Part shown: positions 27,800-37,272 of the stretch, piece after piece
Layout: each line of letters opens with the position of its first letter
Position numbering within the stretch: the stretch's first letter is position 1
Assembly (NCBI GenBank): GCA_041906505.1
Contig: JAYRJB010000007.1
Location: 18,964 to 82,963 of the forward strand
Direction: 5' to 3'
DNA from: Candidatus Saccharimonadales bacterium
Lineage (GTDB): Bacteria; Patescibacteriota; Saccharimonadia; Saccharimonadales; 2-12-FULL-41-12
DNA length: 64,000 nucleotides
The notes under the pieces: model-generated
The model's input: only the letters and a program-made list of their open reading frames with translations
The model's database searches: none
Told to the model about the DNA's origin: nothing
Made by a program: the position numbers and the translations under genes

Positions 27800-28828
27800 A
27801 TGTTGCCAGAAATAAAACAAAATATCCCCCTAAAAGACTACTCCACGATGCGCCTGGGAGGGCCAGCACGTTTCTTGTGCGAAATTACTCAAACCGACCA
27901 GATCCCGGCTGTTATTGAATGGGCAAACGAACAGAATGTTCCTTTTGTGATGATTGGGGGTGGGAGTAATATTGTCTGGTCCGACCAAGGGTATCCTGGC
28001 GTAGTAATGGTCAACAAGTTGATGGGTTATGAGGTTCAAGATCAAGGCGAGGCGCAATATTTAATTGTTGGTGCTGGTGAAAACTGGGATTCTGTTGTTA
28101 TGCGAAGCGTCGAAGCAGGACTATCGGGACTGGAGCAACTTTCGCTGATTCCAGGTTCTGCTGGAGCTACCCCAATACAAAATGTTGGGGCTTATGGCAG
28201 AGAGGTTGCCGATGTTTTGGTGTGTGTCCAGGTGTATGATATTGCTCAAAAAAAGGTAATTGTGCTTCCCAAATCGGAATGTGGTTTTGGCTATCGTACC
28301 AGCCGTTTTAAAGCCACTGATAAGGGAAAGTTTTTAGTAACCTCTATTACTTTTGCCCTTTCAACCGCGCCTCCTTCGCCACCTTTTTACAGCAGCGTTG
28401 AGGACTACCTAAAAACCAATGGTATTACCGAGATGTCGTCAGCCACAATTCGCGAAGCCGTGATGGCCATTCGAAACGCAAAGCTCCCCAACCCTGCGGT
28501 GGTAGCAAACTGCGGATCGTTCTTCCATAACCCCATCATTCCAATGCTTGAACTCGAAAGAATAAAAAATGAAAACCCCAATATTGTGTATTGGCCTATA
28601 AGCGACGATGAGGCAAAGGTTTCTGCTGGGTGGCTTCTTGAGCAACTTGGCCTAAAAGGTTACCACGAACCAAACACAGGTATGGCTATTTGGGACAAGC
28701 AAGCTTTAGTGTTCGTTAACGAAAAAGCCACAAAAACAGCGCAACTTCTTGCCTTTCGCGATGCGATAGTTCAATCCGTTAGAGACAAATACGGTATTAG
28801 CTTGGTTCAAGAGCCAGAACTCATTTAG
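27800..28828 (+). CDS. murB: UDP-N-acetylenolpyruvoylglucosamine reductase
   Basis: IGGGSN, IPGSAGATPIQNVGAYG, FGYRTS.FK, NCGSFF.NP, EPELI motifs. Confidence 0.96.
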   Translation: MLPEIKQNIPLKDYSTMRLGGPARFLCEITQTDQIPAVIEWANEQNVPFVMIGGGSNIVWSDQGYPGVVMVNKLMGYEVQDQGEAQYLIVGAGENWDSVVMRSVEAGLSGLEQLSLIPGSAGATPIQNVGAYGREVADVLVCVQVYDIAQKKVIVLPKSECGFGYRTSRFKATDKGKFLVTSITFALSTAPPSPPFYSSVEDYLKTNGITEMSSATIREAVMAIRNAKLPNPAVVANCGSFFHNPIIPMLELERIKNENPNIVYWPISDDEAKVSAGWLLEQLGLKGYHEPNTGMAIWDKQALVFVNEKATKTAQLLAFRDAIVQSVRDKYGISLVQEPELI

Positions 28829-28878
28829 TTCAAAAACGCGGAAACCTATGGCGGCTTGGAGTCTTTAACAAGTTATTG

Positions 28879-30159
28879 TTATTTTTTATCGCTGGGAAGC
28901 GGAAAGTCTTTGGTAAATTCGACGACCTCTTTTTTTAGAGTATCTAGACTTTTTTCATCGTTTCGGGCGTCAATCGCACGCTTCATCCAATCGGCCACCA
29001 ATGTCATATGCTCCTCTTCCATGCCACGAGACGTAATAGCCGGAGTACCAAGGCGAATGCCACTTGGCCGAAACGGCGGTAATGTGTCATTCGGTATGGC
29101 GTTCTTGTTCAATGTAAGCCCAATACGATCCAGAGCCTTCTCGGCAACATCGCCGTCAATACCAAATGAAGTATGGACATCAACCAACAGCAAATGATTG
29201 TCGGTGCCGTTGGTAATGAGCTTGAAACCTCTGCTCATTAGTTCTTCGGCAAGCTTTTGTGCGTTCTTGATTATCTGCTGTGCGTATACCTTAAACTCGG
29301 GCTTTTGAGCCTCACCAAATGCAACAGCTTTTGCAGCGACCGTATGCATGTGCGGACCACCTTGAAACCCTGGAAACACTTCACGATCTATAAGCGTCGG
29401 TAGGTTTTTTACCGTTTTTTCGGGTGCTTTTAGCGGGTTGCCTACCACTCCCTTACTTAAAATCAAACCACCCCGCGGGCCGCGTAGGGTCTTATGCGTT
29501 GTGCTGGTGATAATGTGAAACCCAAAATCAAACGGATTGGGAAGTGCCTTTCCAGCAATTAATCCAGCAATATGTGCCATATCCGCCATTAACACTGCCC
29601 CAACCTCATTCCCGATTTCTGCAAACTTTGCATAATCCAGACTTCGAGGGTACCCACTAAAGCCAGCAAGCAAGATCTTTGGTTTTTCTTTTAGGGCCAC
29701 TTGACGCATTTCTTCGTAGTCAATCTCGCCGGTTTCTACGTCCTTAATTCCGTAGCGCACAAAGTTATAAAGTTTGGCAGAGCTGGTGACTGGGTGACCA
29801 TGCGTAAGATGGCCGCCGTGATCAAGCTTCATACCCATTACCGTATCTCCCGGCTCAAGCCAGGCTTGATAAACAGCAATATTGGCAGGAGCACCAGAAT
29901 GAGCCTGGACGTTGGCGTGATCGGCGGCAAATAAGTCCTTTGCCCTATCAATGGCAAGCTGTTCGACTTGATCGGTATTTTCTTGGCCGCCGTAATATCT
30001 TTTTCCTGGATAGCCCTCGGAGTATTTGTTGGTAAACACACTTCCCATTGCCGTGAGCACGTCACGACTTACATAGTTCTCGCTTGGAATTAGTTCAAGA
30101 CCCTCACGCTGTCTCTGTTCTTCCGCGCGAATAAGGTCCGCAATTTGTGTGTCGTTCAT
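28879..30159 (-). CDS. glyA: Serine hydroxymethyltransferase
   Basis: LIPSENY, NKYSEGYPG.RYYGG, GGHLTHG, TTHKTLRGPRGG, SGIRLGTPA motifs; GGAGG RBS before ATG 30159. Confidence 0.98.
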   Translation of the reverse strand: MNDTQIADLIRAEEQRQREGLELIPSENYVSRDVLTAMGSVFTNKYSEGYPGKRYYGGQENTDQVEQLAIDRAKDLFAADHANVQAHSGAPANIAVYQAWLEPGDTVMGMKLDHGGHLTHGHPVTSSAKLYNFVRYGIKDVETGEIDYEEMRQVALKEKPKILLAGFSGYPRSLDYAKFAEIGNEVGAVLMADMAHIAGLIAGKALPNPFDFGFHIITSTTHKTLRGPRGGLILSKGVVGNPLKAPEKTVKNLPTLIDREVFPGFQGGPHMHTVAAKAVAFGEAQKPEFKVYAQQIIKNAQKLAEELMSRGFKLITNGTDNHLLLVDVHTSFGIDGDVAEKALDRIGLTLNKNAIPNDTLPPFRPSGIRLGTPAITSRGMEEEHMTLVADWMKRAIDARNDEKSLDTLKKEVVEFTKDFPLPSDKK

Positions 30160-30350
30160 GGTTGTTGCCTCCAAATTATTCCGCTTGATGTATGCCGACG
30201 AACACCCGCAAAGGTTATTGCTTTATTGTAACCGAACAAAAACCCAAAGGCCATCGCCGAACCCCCAATATTACACAGTGGCATTTTCTCTCAATATCAA
30301 GGATTATTTTTTGTTGCCAGATTTGTCATATGTGGTATATTTATGGTGTT

Positions 30351-31871
30351 ATGTTGAATACCAACGAAAAGATCGGTCAACTAATTTATCAAATTAGGCA
30401 AGAACGAGGACTTACCCAAGCCGAGTTTGCGCGGCGACTTGGAACATCTCAGAGTGCAGTCAATCGGATCGAAAAGGGACGACAAAACTTGAGCCTCGAA
30501 ACCCTTGGGCGGATAAGTGACGTGCTGAACAAACAGATTATCTCTCTTGGTGGTGGCGCCGTAAACCTAAGAATTGAGGGCGGACACGAACTTTCTGGCA
30601 GCATTGAAACCAAAGTATCGAAGAACGCTGCTGTTTGCCTCTTGTTTGCGGCGCTTTTGAATAAAGGCACAACTAGGCTCAAGCGCATGCCACGAATCGA
30701 AGAAGTTAATCGCCTTATCGAAGTACTTACTAGCATCGGGGTAAAAGTCCGATGGATGGCTGGCAATGATTTGGAGATCCGACCACCAGAAAAATTAGAT
30801 CTTTCCAGCATTGACGCCCAGGCCGCCCGTAAAACCCGGAGCGTAATAATGATGTTTGGGCCGCTAATTCATCTGTTTAATGACTTCAAGATACCTTATG
30901 CGGGTGGCTGCAAGCTCGGAACCCGCACCGTACAACCCCATTTGTTTGCCCTCGAAGAGTTTGGGGTCAACATTGTTGCAAAAACCGGCTACTACCACGT
31001 AAGTGTAGAGCACAAAACGCCATCCCACGTAGTCCTCTACGAGTCTGGAGACACCACCACAGAAAATGTGTTGATGGCTACCGCGAGACACGACAAAGAA
31101 GTCACAATCAAAATGGCTAGCGCCAACTACATGGTCCAAGATCTCTGTTACTTCCTAAAGAAGCTCGGGGTTAAGATCGAAGGAATTGGTACCAGCACAC
31201 TCAAAGTGACCGGCGTAAAACACATCAAAAAGAACGTGACTTACTATCCAACCGAAGATCCGATCGAATCAATGACATTTATTGCTGCAGCGGTCACAAC
31301 AAATTCTTCGATCACCGTCAAGCGCGCCCCGCTAGACTTCGTTGAGCTTGAGCTGCTAAAACTCAAAAAAATGGGGCTAAAAGTTGATATGAGCAAGTCC
31401 TACAAAGCCGCGAATGGGCACGCAGACTTGGTCGACATCACCGTTCATAAACACAACGGCAAGCTGACCGCGCTTGACGAAAAAATTTACGCCCGCCCCT
31501 ACCCAGGCCTTAACATTGATAACTTGCCCTATTTTGTACCGATCGCCGCCGTTGCAAAGGGACGAACACTTATTCATGACTGGGTGTACGAAGAGCGTGC
31601 TATTTATTATACCGAGCTGAGAAAGCTCGGGGTCAACGTTACCCTTGCTGATCCTCATAGAGCTTTCATTGACGGACCAACTCGTTGGCGAGTCGCCGAC
31701 ATTGTGTGCCCTCCCGCACTTCGGCCGGCCGTACTCTTACTTATTGGTATGTTAGCCGCAAATGGTACTTCAATGCTGAGAAATGTCTACTCGATAAATC
31801 GTGGCTATGAATATCTTGCGGAGCGCTTAAATGATCTGGGTGCCAAAATTACCATCTTGCATGACATATAG
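30351..31871 (+). CDS. murA: UDP-N-acetylglucosamine 1-carboxyvinyltransferase with N-terminal XRE HTH
   Basis: RQERGLTQAEFA.RLGTSQSAV.RIEKG HTH, then SKNAA, GGCKLG.R (catalytic Cys), INRGYE. Confidence 0.93.
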   Translation: MLNTNEKIGQLIYQIRQERGLTQAEFARRLGTSQSAVNRIEKGRQNLSLETLGRISDVLNKQIISLGGGAVNLRIEGGHELSGSIETKVSKNAAVCLLFAALLNKGTTRLKRMPRIEEVNRLIEVLTSIGVKVRWMAGNDLEIRPPEKLDLSSIDAQAARKTRSVIMMFGPLIHLFNDFKIPYAGGCKLGTRTVQPHLFALEEFGVNIVAKTGYYHVSVEHKTPSHVVLYESGDTTTENVLMATARHDKEVTIKMASANYMVQDLCYFLKKLGVKIEGIGTSTLKVTGVKHIKKNVTYYPTEDPIESMTFIAAAVTTNSSITVKRAPLDFVELELLKLKKMGLKVDMSKSYKAANGHADLVDITVHKHNGKLTALDEKIYARPYPGLNIDNLPYFVPIAAVAKGRTLIHDWVYEERAIYYTELRKLGVNVTLADPHRAFIDGPTRWRVADIVCPPALRPAVLLLIGMLAANGTSMLRNVYSINRGYEYLAERLNDLGAKITILHDI

Positions 31872-31910
31872 TTGCCAAGCTGCTATAATGACCTCTGTTT
31901 TATAGCCCTT

Positions 31911-31985
31911 GCGGGTGTCGTATAATGGCTAATATACCTGCCTTCCAAGCAAGTGATGCGAGTTCGATTCTCGCCACCCGCACCA
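31911..31985 (+). tRNA. tRNA-Gly(TCC)
   Basis: GCGGGTGTCGTATAATGGCTAATATACCTGCCTTCCAAGCAAGTGATGCGAGTTCGATTCTCGCCACCCGCACCA. Confidence 0.94.
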
Positions 31986-32011
31986 ATACTTAACATGTTA
32001 AGCACACCTAT

Positions 32012-32088
32012 GCCCCGGTAGCTCAGTGGATTAGAGCAATGGGCTTCTATCCCACAGGTCGGGGGTTCGAATCCCTCCCGGGGTGCCA
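32012..32088 (+). tRNA. tRNA-Arg(TCT)
   Basis: GCCCCGGTAGCTCAGTGGATTAGAGCAATGGGCTTCTATCCCACAGGTCGGGGGTTCGAATCCCTCCCGGGGTGCCA. Confidence 0.95.
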
Positions 32089-32218
32089 ATTTAGAGAACG
32101 AACCTCGTTGTTCGTTTTTTAAATTGATATCCGAGAGACGGATTCACCCCTCCGACCAAAAAGGTCAAGGCGAGAAATGCCAGCGGGCTTTAGAAGCTTG
32201 TCAGTCGACAGCTGTGGC

Positions 32219-33379
32219 TTAGTCTTCGTCGACGATGTTCGCCATGGTTCTGGCAGTTGCCTTCCACCACGGTTCGAAGTCACGGTAGCCTATCCAGTCC
32301 GCTGCCAGCCGCAGCGTCCACCCCAGCCACCCGTAAAACCGCAACCGACCCCAGACAACCGCAGCCCATCTTTCTCCCACAGGAATGATATACACCGGTT
32401 TTCTGTCTCTGTACGGTATTTTTGGTTGGTCATGATATTCGCGAACAAGATTGTTCGCCACACTCACGGCATCATGAAGCGCAGTTTGGGCCATTCCAGA
32501 GTAAGTCGTCTCGGCATTATCGCCAATTACATAAATATCATCACCCGCGGAGAGATACTCATCAACAACCACTTTTTTTCGAGGACTAAGTTCAAAGTCG
32601 TTGTGGTCAAAAAAGGGATTGTTGGCAATGCCGGCAGTCCAAATAACCGTTTTACTCTCGATCTTTGTATCATTCACCAACAATACATCTTTAGTTTCGC
32701 CTTGAACTGTGGCGTTTGTCATCACCTTTATGCCGAGTCGGCGAAGTCGACGCGTAATAGCCCGAGACGTCGATTTCGGTAGAGCCGGTAAAATTTGTTT
32801 CTTTGCCTCAATTAGCTCGACTTTTACCGGCTTTCTGCCAATGTAGTATTTTTTCATTAACTTATGGATGTAGTCTGGCAACACACTGGAAAACTCAATT
32901 CCCGTCGGCCCCGCGCCGACAACAATGTAGTTAAGATCGGGCGTATGAGCATTGATGAGCTGTTCTTGGAGATGAGCCTTGAGAGCCTCGGCCTTTTCAA
33001 CCGATTTCACTGAATAGCTGTTATCGGCAAGACCGTTTATTCCAAAATAATTTGTCACCGAACCCAACGACAGCACTAGCACATCGTAGGTGAGCTTTTT
33101 GCCGCCTTTTATGCTAAGTGTTTTTTGAGTCCTATCTACTTTTGTTGCCTCGCCCTTGATCATCTGTATTGGCTTGTTTGCAATCAGCTCGCCAATTGGA
33201 ATGCTCGACACCACTCTACTGCCACCTGCCGCGGTATGGTACAGCGAGGGGTAGTAATTAAATATCGTATCCGAAGCAACGAGTGTAATTAAGAAATCGT
33301 GGTGTTTTGCCAGTTCAAGGGCCGTCTTTAGTCCACCAAAGCCCCCACCGACTATCACCACCCTTGTTTGTCTTTTCAT
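32219..33379 (-). CDS. ndh: Type II NADH:quinone oxidoreductase (NDH-2 family)
   Basis: VIVGGGFGG, YD.LVL.LGS, VVGAGPTGIE, IWTAG, YVIGD motifs. Confidence 0.85.
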   Translation of the reverse strand: MKRQTRVVIVGGGFGGLKTALELAKHHDFLITLVASDTIFNYYPSLYHTAAGGSRVVSSIPIGELIANKPIQMIKGEATKVDRTQKTLSIKGGKKLTYDVLVLSLGSVTNYFGINGLADNSYSVKSVEKAEALKAHLQEQLINAHTPDLNYIVVGAGPTGIEFSSVLPDYIHKLMKKYYIGRKPVKVELIEAKKQILPALPKSTSRAITRRLRRLGIKVMTNATVQGETKDVLLVNDTKIESKTVIWTAGIANNPFFDHNDFELSPRKKVVVDEYLSAGDDIYVIGDNAETTYSGMAQTALHDAVSVANNLVREYHDQPKIPYRDRKPVYIIPVGERWAAVVWGRLRFYGWLGWTLRLAADWIGYRDFEPWWKATARTMANIVDED

Positions 33380-33432
33380 AACTTCCTTGGTGTTTAGTAT
33401 ACACGATGTTACAAAGCATAAGTGTAGTTTAT

Positions 33433-35109
33433 GCTATGCTAGCTCAAGATAATATGCAGGATTTTATCCAAAAACTACAGACAACTGGCTTTAAGGGCGA
33501 TATCAAAACAGATCAAGACACGCTTGAATTTTATAGCCATGATGCATCATTGTTTGAGGTAAAGCCTAAGCTGGTGGTTGCCCCAAAGGACTCGGAAGAC
33601 GTTCAGTTGCTTACAAGGTTGGTTGCAGAGCAAAAAAATCAATCTCCAAACCTTAGCCTCACCGCCCGCAGCGGTGGCACCTGCATGTCAGGTGGATCAA
33701 TCAATGAATCAATTATTGTGGACTTTAATGCGCATATGCACGCTGTTGGGGAAGTTACCGAAAACTCGGCACGCGTACAACCCGGCATGTTTTATCGTGA
33801 CTTTGAAAAGAAAACACTCGAACACGGTGCAATTATGCCCTCTTATCCAGCAAGTCGAGAGCTCTGTACTGTTGGGGGCATGGTCGCAAATAATGCCGGC
33901 GGTGAAAAATCGCTTGAATTTGGCAAAACCGAAAAATTTGTCCAAGAACTACGGATTGTCTTGCGCGATGGAAATGAGTACATTGTAAAGCCGCTTAGTA
34001 AGGGCGAGCTGGACGTAAAAATGAGACAAGACAACTTAGAGGGGCAGCTCTATAGGGATACGTTTGATTTGGTAGAAAAGAATTATGAGTCACTGCAACG
34101 CGCCCGCCCGAGGGTTTCTAAGGATTCGACTGGGTATCACTTATGGAATGTCTGGGATCCAAAAAAAGAAATATTTGATCTCACGCAAGTCATTGTTGGT
34201 TCTCAAGGGACCTTGGGGCTGGTGACTGATATCAAATTTCGATTGGTAAAAAACCCGGCTCATTCTGGCACATTAGTTTTGTTCTTGCGCGATTTGCGCG
34301 ATCTTGGCGAGCTGATTAACGATGTCATGACGCATAAGCCTGCAACTTTCGAAGGCTTCGACAACTATACGCTAATGTTGAGCTTTAAGCTGTTCTTCTA
34401 TTTCAGAAAAACTCTCGGTTGGATTGGGATGATGAAATTAGGCATTCAGCTTATACCAGACGCTCTCAAGTTATTTAGGGGCATACCGAAGATGGTATTG
34501 CTTGTGCAGTTTACAGGTAACACGCCACAAGATGTCGCAGACAAAGTTCATGCCTTACGGCGCTCGCTCACAAAATACGACCACGAAACGCTGTTTGAAG
34601 AAGACGAAACCGAAATAAAGGAAAAGAAGTTCTGGATCATGCGTCACGAAAGTTTTAATTTGCTGCGTAAAAAAGTAAAAGATAAGCACACCGCGCCTTA
34701 TATCGATGACTTAGTTGTAAATCCAGAACACTTACCAAACTTTTTGCCCGAACTGCGAGCCATAATAAATAAGTATGGGCTTTTGGCAACAATTGCGGGG
34801 CATATGGGCGATGGCAATTTTCATGTGATACCGCTCATGAAGCTCGAGAATAAAGATGAGCGGGCAAAATTGCGCCCATCAATGAAAGAAGTGAACGAAT
34901 TAGTGCTTAAATACGGCGGATCGCTGTCGGGCGAACATAATGATGGTATGAGTAGAGGACCTTGGCTTGAGCAAATGTACGGCCCAGAAATACTAGAGCT
35001 CTTCAAAAAAACTAAACATATTTTTGATCCCGACAATCTTTTTAACCCCCACAAAAAGACTGACGCAGACTGGGATTATTCATTCTCGCATATTCGCGAC
35101 CACTTCTGA
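33433..35109 (+). CDS. FAD-linked oxidase/dehydrogenase (GlcD / D-lactate dehydrogenase family, no Fe-S domain)
   Basis: RSGGT.MSG, CTVGGMVANNAGG, GSQGTLG, GHMGDGNFH, GSLSGEHNDG, DPDNLFNP motifs; start uncertain (33406-33454). Confidence 0.88.
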   Translation, partial: AMLAQDNMQDFIQKLQTTGFKGDIKTDQDTLEFYSHDASLFEVKPKLVVAPKDSEDVQLLTRLVAEQKNQSPNLSLTARSGGTCMSGGSINESIIVDFNAHMHAVGEVTENSARVQPGMFYRDFEKKTLEHGAIMPSYPASRELCTVGGMVANNAGGEKSLEFGKTEKFVQELRIVLRDGNEYIVKPLSKGELDVKMRQDNLEGQLYRDTFDLVEKNYESLQRARPRVSKDSTGYHLWNVWDPKKEIFDLTQVIVGSQGTLGLVTDIKFRLVKNPAHSGTLVLFLRDLRDLGELINDVMTHKPATFEGFDNYTLMLSFKLFFYFRKTLGWIGMMKLGIQLIPDALKLFRGIPKMVLLVQFTGNTPQDVADKVHALRRSLTKYDHETLFEEDETEIKEKKFWIMRHESFNLLRKKVKDKHTAPYIDDLVVNPEHLPNFLPELRAIINKYGLLATIAGHMGDGNFHVIPLMKLENKDERAKLRPSMKEVNELVLKYGGSLSGEHNDGMSRGPWLEQMYGPEILELFKKTKHIFDPDNLFNPHKKTDADWDYSFSHIRDHF

Positions 35110-35116
35110 TCTACTA

Positions 35117-35389
35117 CTATGAATGGTCAAAGTTCTTGGCTTCAGCTTTTGCTGAAAGCCTTCTGCTAGCCATACCAACCCCAAAAGAAACCACGGTTAA
35201 ATATAGCAGTCCACTCATGCATGTTTTCAAAAGAGGAGCACCTGTAGCAATAACCAAGGCAGTTCCGCTGGCAAGCGTCCCGGCGATAAATGCGTATGCC
35301 CCGTATAATTTTGCCGTTGATGGACTAAAGTAAAGATAGGTAGTCCAAACTAGGCTGAGTAGGGCAATGGATATGTGTAGTAATAACAT
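35117..35389 (-). CDS. Small hypothetical membrane protein
   Basis: 90 aa with 3 TM helices, directly after cyoE. Confidence 0.65.
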   Translation of the reverse strand: MLLLHISIALLSLVWTTYLYFSPSTAKLYGAYAFIAGTLASGTALVIATGAPLLKTCMSGLLYLTVVSFGVGMASRRLSAKAEAKNFDHS

Positions 35390-35421
35390 AAGCTAGATAA
35401 AGTATATACGTTTCGACTGGA

Positions 35422-36276
35422 CTATGGAAGAAGGCTATCCAAAGATATCATCATGGAAAACCCAAGCAAAACTATGAGAGAGACACCAAACATTTTTCGT
35501 GCCCATTTTGTGTCGTTTGTTGTGTGAAATTGTTTTGCGCCAACGTAAAACCATATGAGGCCTAGTCCACAGACCACGAACAAGTACGTGTACCCCGTAT
35601 AGTCAAACAGGGTAAGAAGTGAGGCCGCCCCTATAAATGCCGCGACATAATAAAGTATCTGTCGCTTAGTGGCACGCACACCTTTTACCAGCGGCAACAC
35701 CGGAATGTTTGCGTCAGAATAATCCTTGCGTCGAAAAATTGATATTGAATAAAAATGTGGCATTTGCCAACAAACTAAAATAACAAAAAGCAGTACTGCC
35801 CCAAAATCCAGTGTTGAGGTTACCGCCGTATACCCCGCCACCGGTGGGACAGCCCCCGATACGCTACCCACGAGTGTGCCAAACCGGGTCCTTCGCTTGA
35901 AAATGCTATAGACAACAACGTAGGCAAACCAACCGACTGCACCAACGAGCACTGTAGTGAAGTTGGTGAACGCTATGAGTGTTGCCATACCCAAAACACC
36001 AAGTACTGTTCCGAAAACCAGTGCACTTCTTTTGGATATTTCACCACTCACCAACGCTCTTTTTTGCGTTCTTTTCATTTTGGCGTCTATTTCTTGGTCG
36101 AGATAATTATTAAACACGCACCCAGAAGCCATAACCAACGCCGAACCAATAACTGTTTGTAGCAACAACCAGCCGTCGACCGTTCCCTTGGAAGCGAGCA
36201 AAAATCCGCCAATCACGGTAAGTAAGTTGCCTCGAATAATCCCAGGCTTTGTAAGCCGGTAATATTTATTGATCAA
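35422..36276 (-). CDS. cyoE: Protoheme IX farnesyltransferase (heme o synthase)
   Basis: LTKPGII.GN, NNYLD..ID.KM.RT..R, WQMPHFY motifs. Confidence 0.96.
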   Translation of the reverse strand: MINKYYRLTKPGIIRGNLLTVIGGFLLASKGTVDGWLLLQTVIGSALVMASGCVFNNYLDQEIDAKMKRTQKRALVSGEISKRSALVFGTVLGVLGMATLIAFTNFTTVLVGAVGWFAYVVVYSIFKRRTRFGTLVGSVSGAVPPVAGYTAVTSTLDFGAVLLFVILVCWQMPHFYSISIFRRKDYSDANIPVLPLVKGVRATKRQILYYVAAFIGAASLLTLFDYTGYTYLFVVCGLGLIWFYVGAKQFHTTNDTKWARKMFGVSLIVLLGFSMMISLDSLLP

Positions 36277-36668
36277 CGAGGATTGATTCCTTCGTCTTCG
36301 ATTATGTACGAGTCTGTCGGCTGCTCAATATGCGGGTGCCTATAGTCAAGATTGTCCATAATCCAAAGCGTGCCAGCCACCAGTACGGTTACCACCATCA
36401 CCATAAAGTACAGGGCAATAGTATTCCATCTCGGCTTTGATTCCCGGCCTAGATGAAGAAAGAAAACCACCTGAACGATAAATTGTATCATTGCCAAGAA
36501 GAGCACAACGTACATAATCGTCCGGTGCGAGGGAGAGTTATGCTGGGAGTTAATATGGGCGACGACGAGACTATACGCGATTAACGTCAACGCAATTGAA
36601 AGCACAAAACCAATCACATACGAAAACAAGCTTTGACGATCTTGCGAGGAAAGTTGCTGTTTTGCCAT
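36273..36668 (-). CDS. cyoD: Cytochrome o ubiquinol oxidase subunit IV
   Basis: SY.IGF.LSI.LT, Q..VQ..FFLHL, G.LWIM.NL motifs. Confidence 0.94.
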   Translation of the reverse strand: MAKQQLSSQDRQSLFSYVIGFVLSIALTLIAYSLVVAHINSQHNSPSHRTIMYVVLFLAMIQFIVQVVFFLHLGRESKPRWNTIALYFMVMVVTVLVAGTLWIMDNLDYRHPHIEQPTDSYIIEDEGINPR

Positions 36669-36672
36669 ACGA

Positions 36673-37272
36673 CTACCCCGCTGCCCCTATTAAATACACG
36701 ACTGAAAAAATAAAGATCCAGATTATGTCCAAAAAGTGCCAGAACAAACTCAGCAAAATAAGTCTCTTTGTGATAGTGCTGGTTATTCCTTTTTGTATAA
36801 TGCTAACAGAGAGGACTGCCATCCAAGTCAGCCCAACGGCAATATGAAGCCCGTGGGTTCCAACAAGCGTGAAATATGATGATAAGAATGCACTGCGAGT
36901 CCAGCTATTTCCTTCCTCTACAAGATGACGGAACTCGGCGATCTCCATACCAAGAAAGGCAAGACCAAGCAAAAAAGTGACACCCAGCCAGAAAAGAACT
37001 TGGTTTTTTTGACGACGATGAAGCGCCCACATTGCAAGCCCAGCCGTAAAGCTACTCGTAAGCAGTAGTAGGGTTTCTACAAGCACATACGGCAACTCAA
37101 AGATCTCCTCTCCAGTGGGGCCACCAAAGGTGTTATTGTGGAGAACAGCATAGGTTGCAAACAAGCTCGCAAACACCACACAGTCGGTCATTAAGTATAC
37201 CCAAAAACCAAGCACCGTCTTTGAGTCGTCACTATGCGGCGATAGGGCTTGGCTCGGCAACGCTTTGCTCAT
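36673..37272 (-). CDS. cyoC: Cytochrome o ubiquinol oxidase subunit III
   Basis: [30 protein letters not shown] motifs. Confidence 0.96.
   Translation of the reverse strand: MSKALPSQALSPHSDDSKTVLGFWVYLMTDCVVFASLFATYAVLHNNTFGGPTGEEIFELPYVLVETLLLLTSSFTAGLAMWALHRRQKNQVLFWLGVTFLLGLAFLGMEIAEFRHLVEEGNSWTRSAFLSSYFTLVGTHGLHIAVGLTWMAVLSVSIIQKGITSTITKRLILLSLFWHFLDIIWIFIFSVVYLIGAAG

Noticed and set aside
30192-30350. Extra N-terminal region of MurA in the ORF track
   Set aside because: It overlaps the glyA leader and promoters; the HTH begins at ATG 30351
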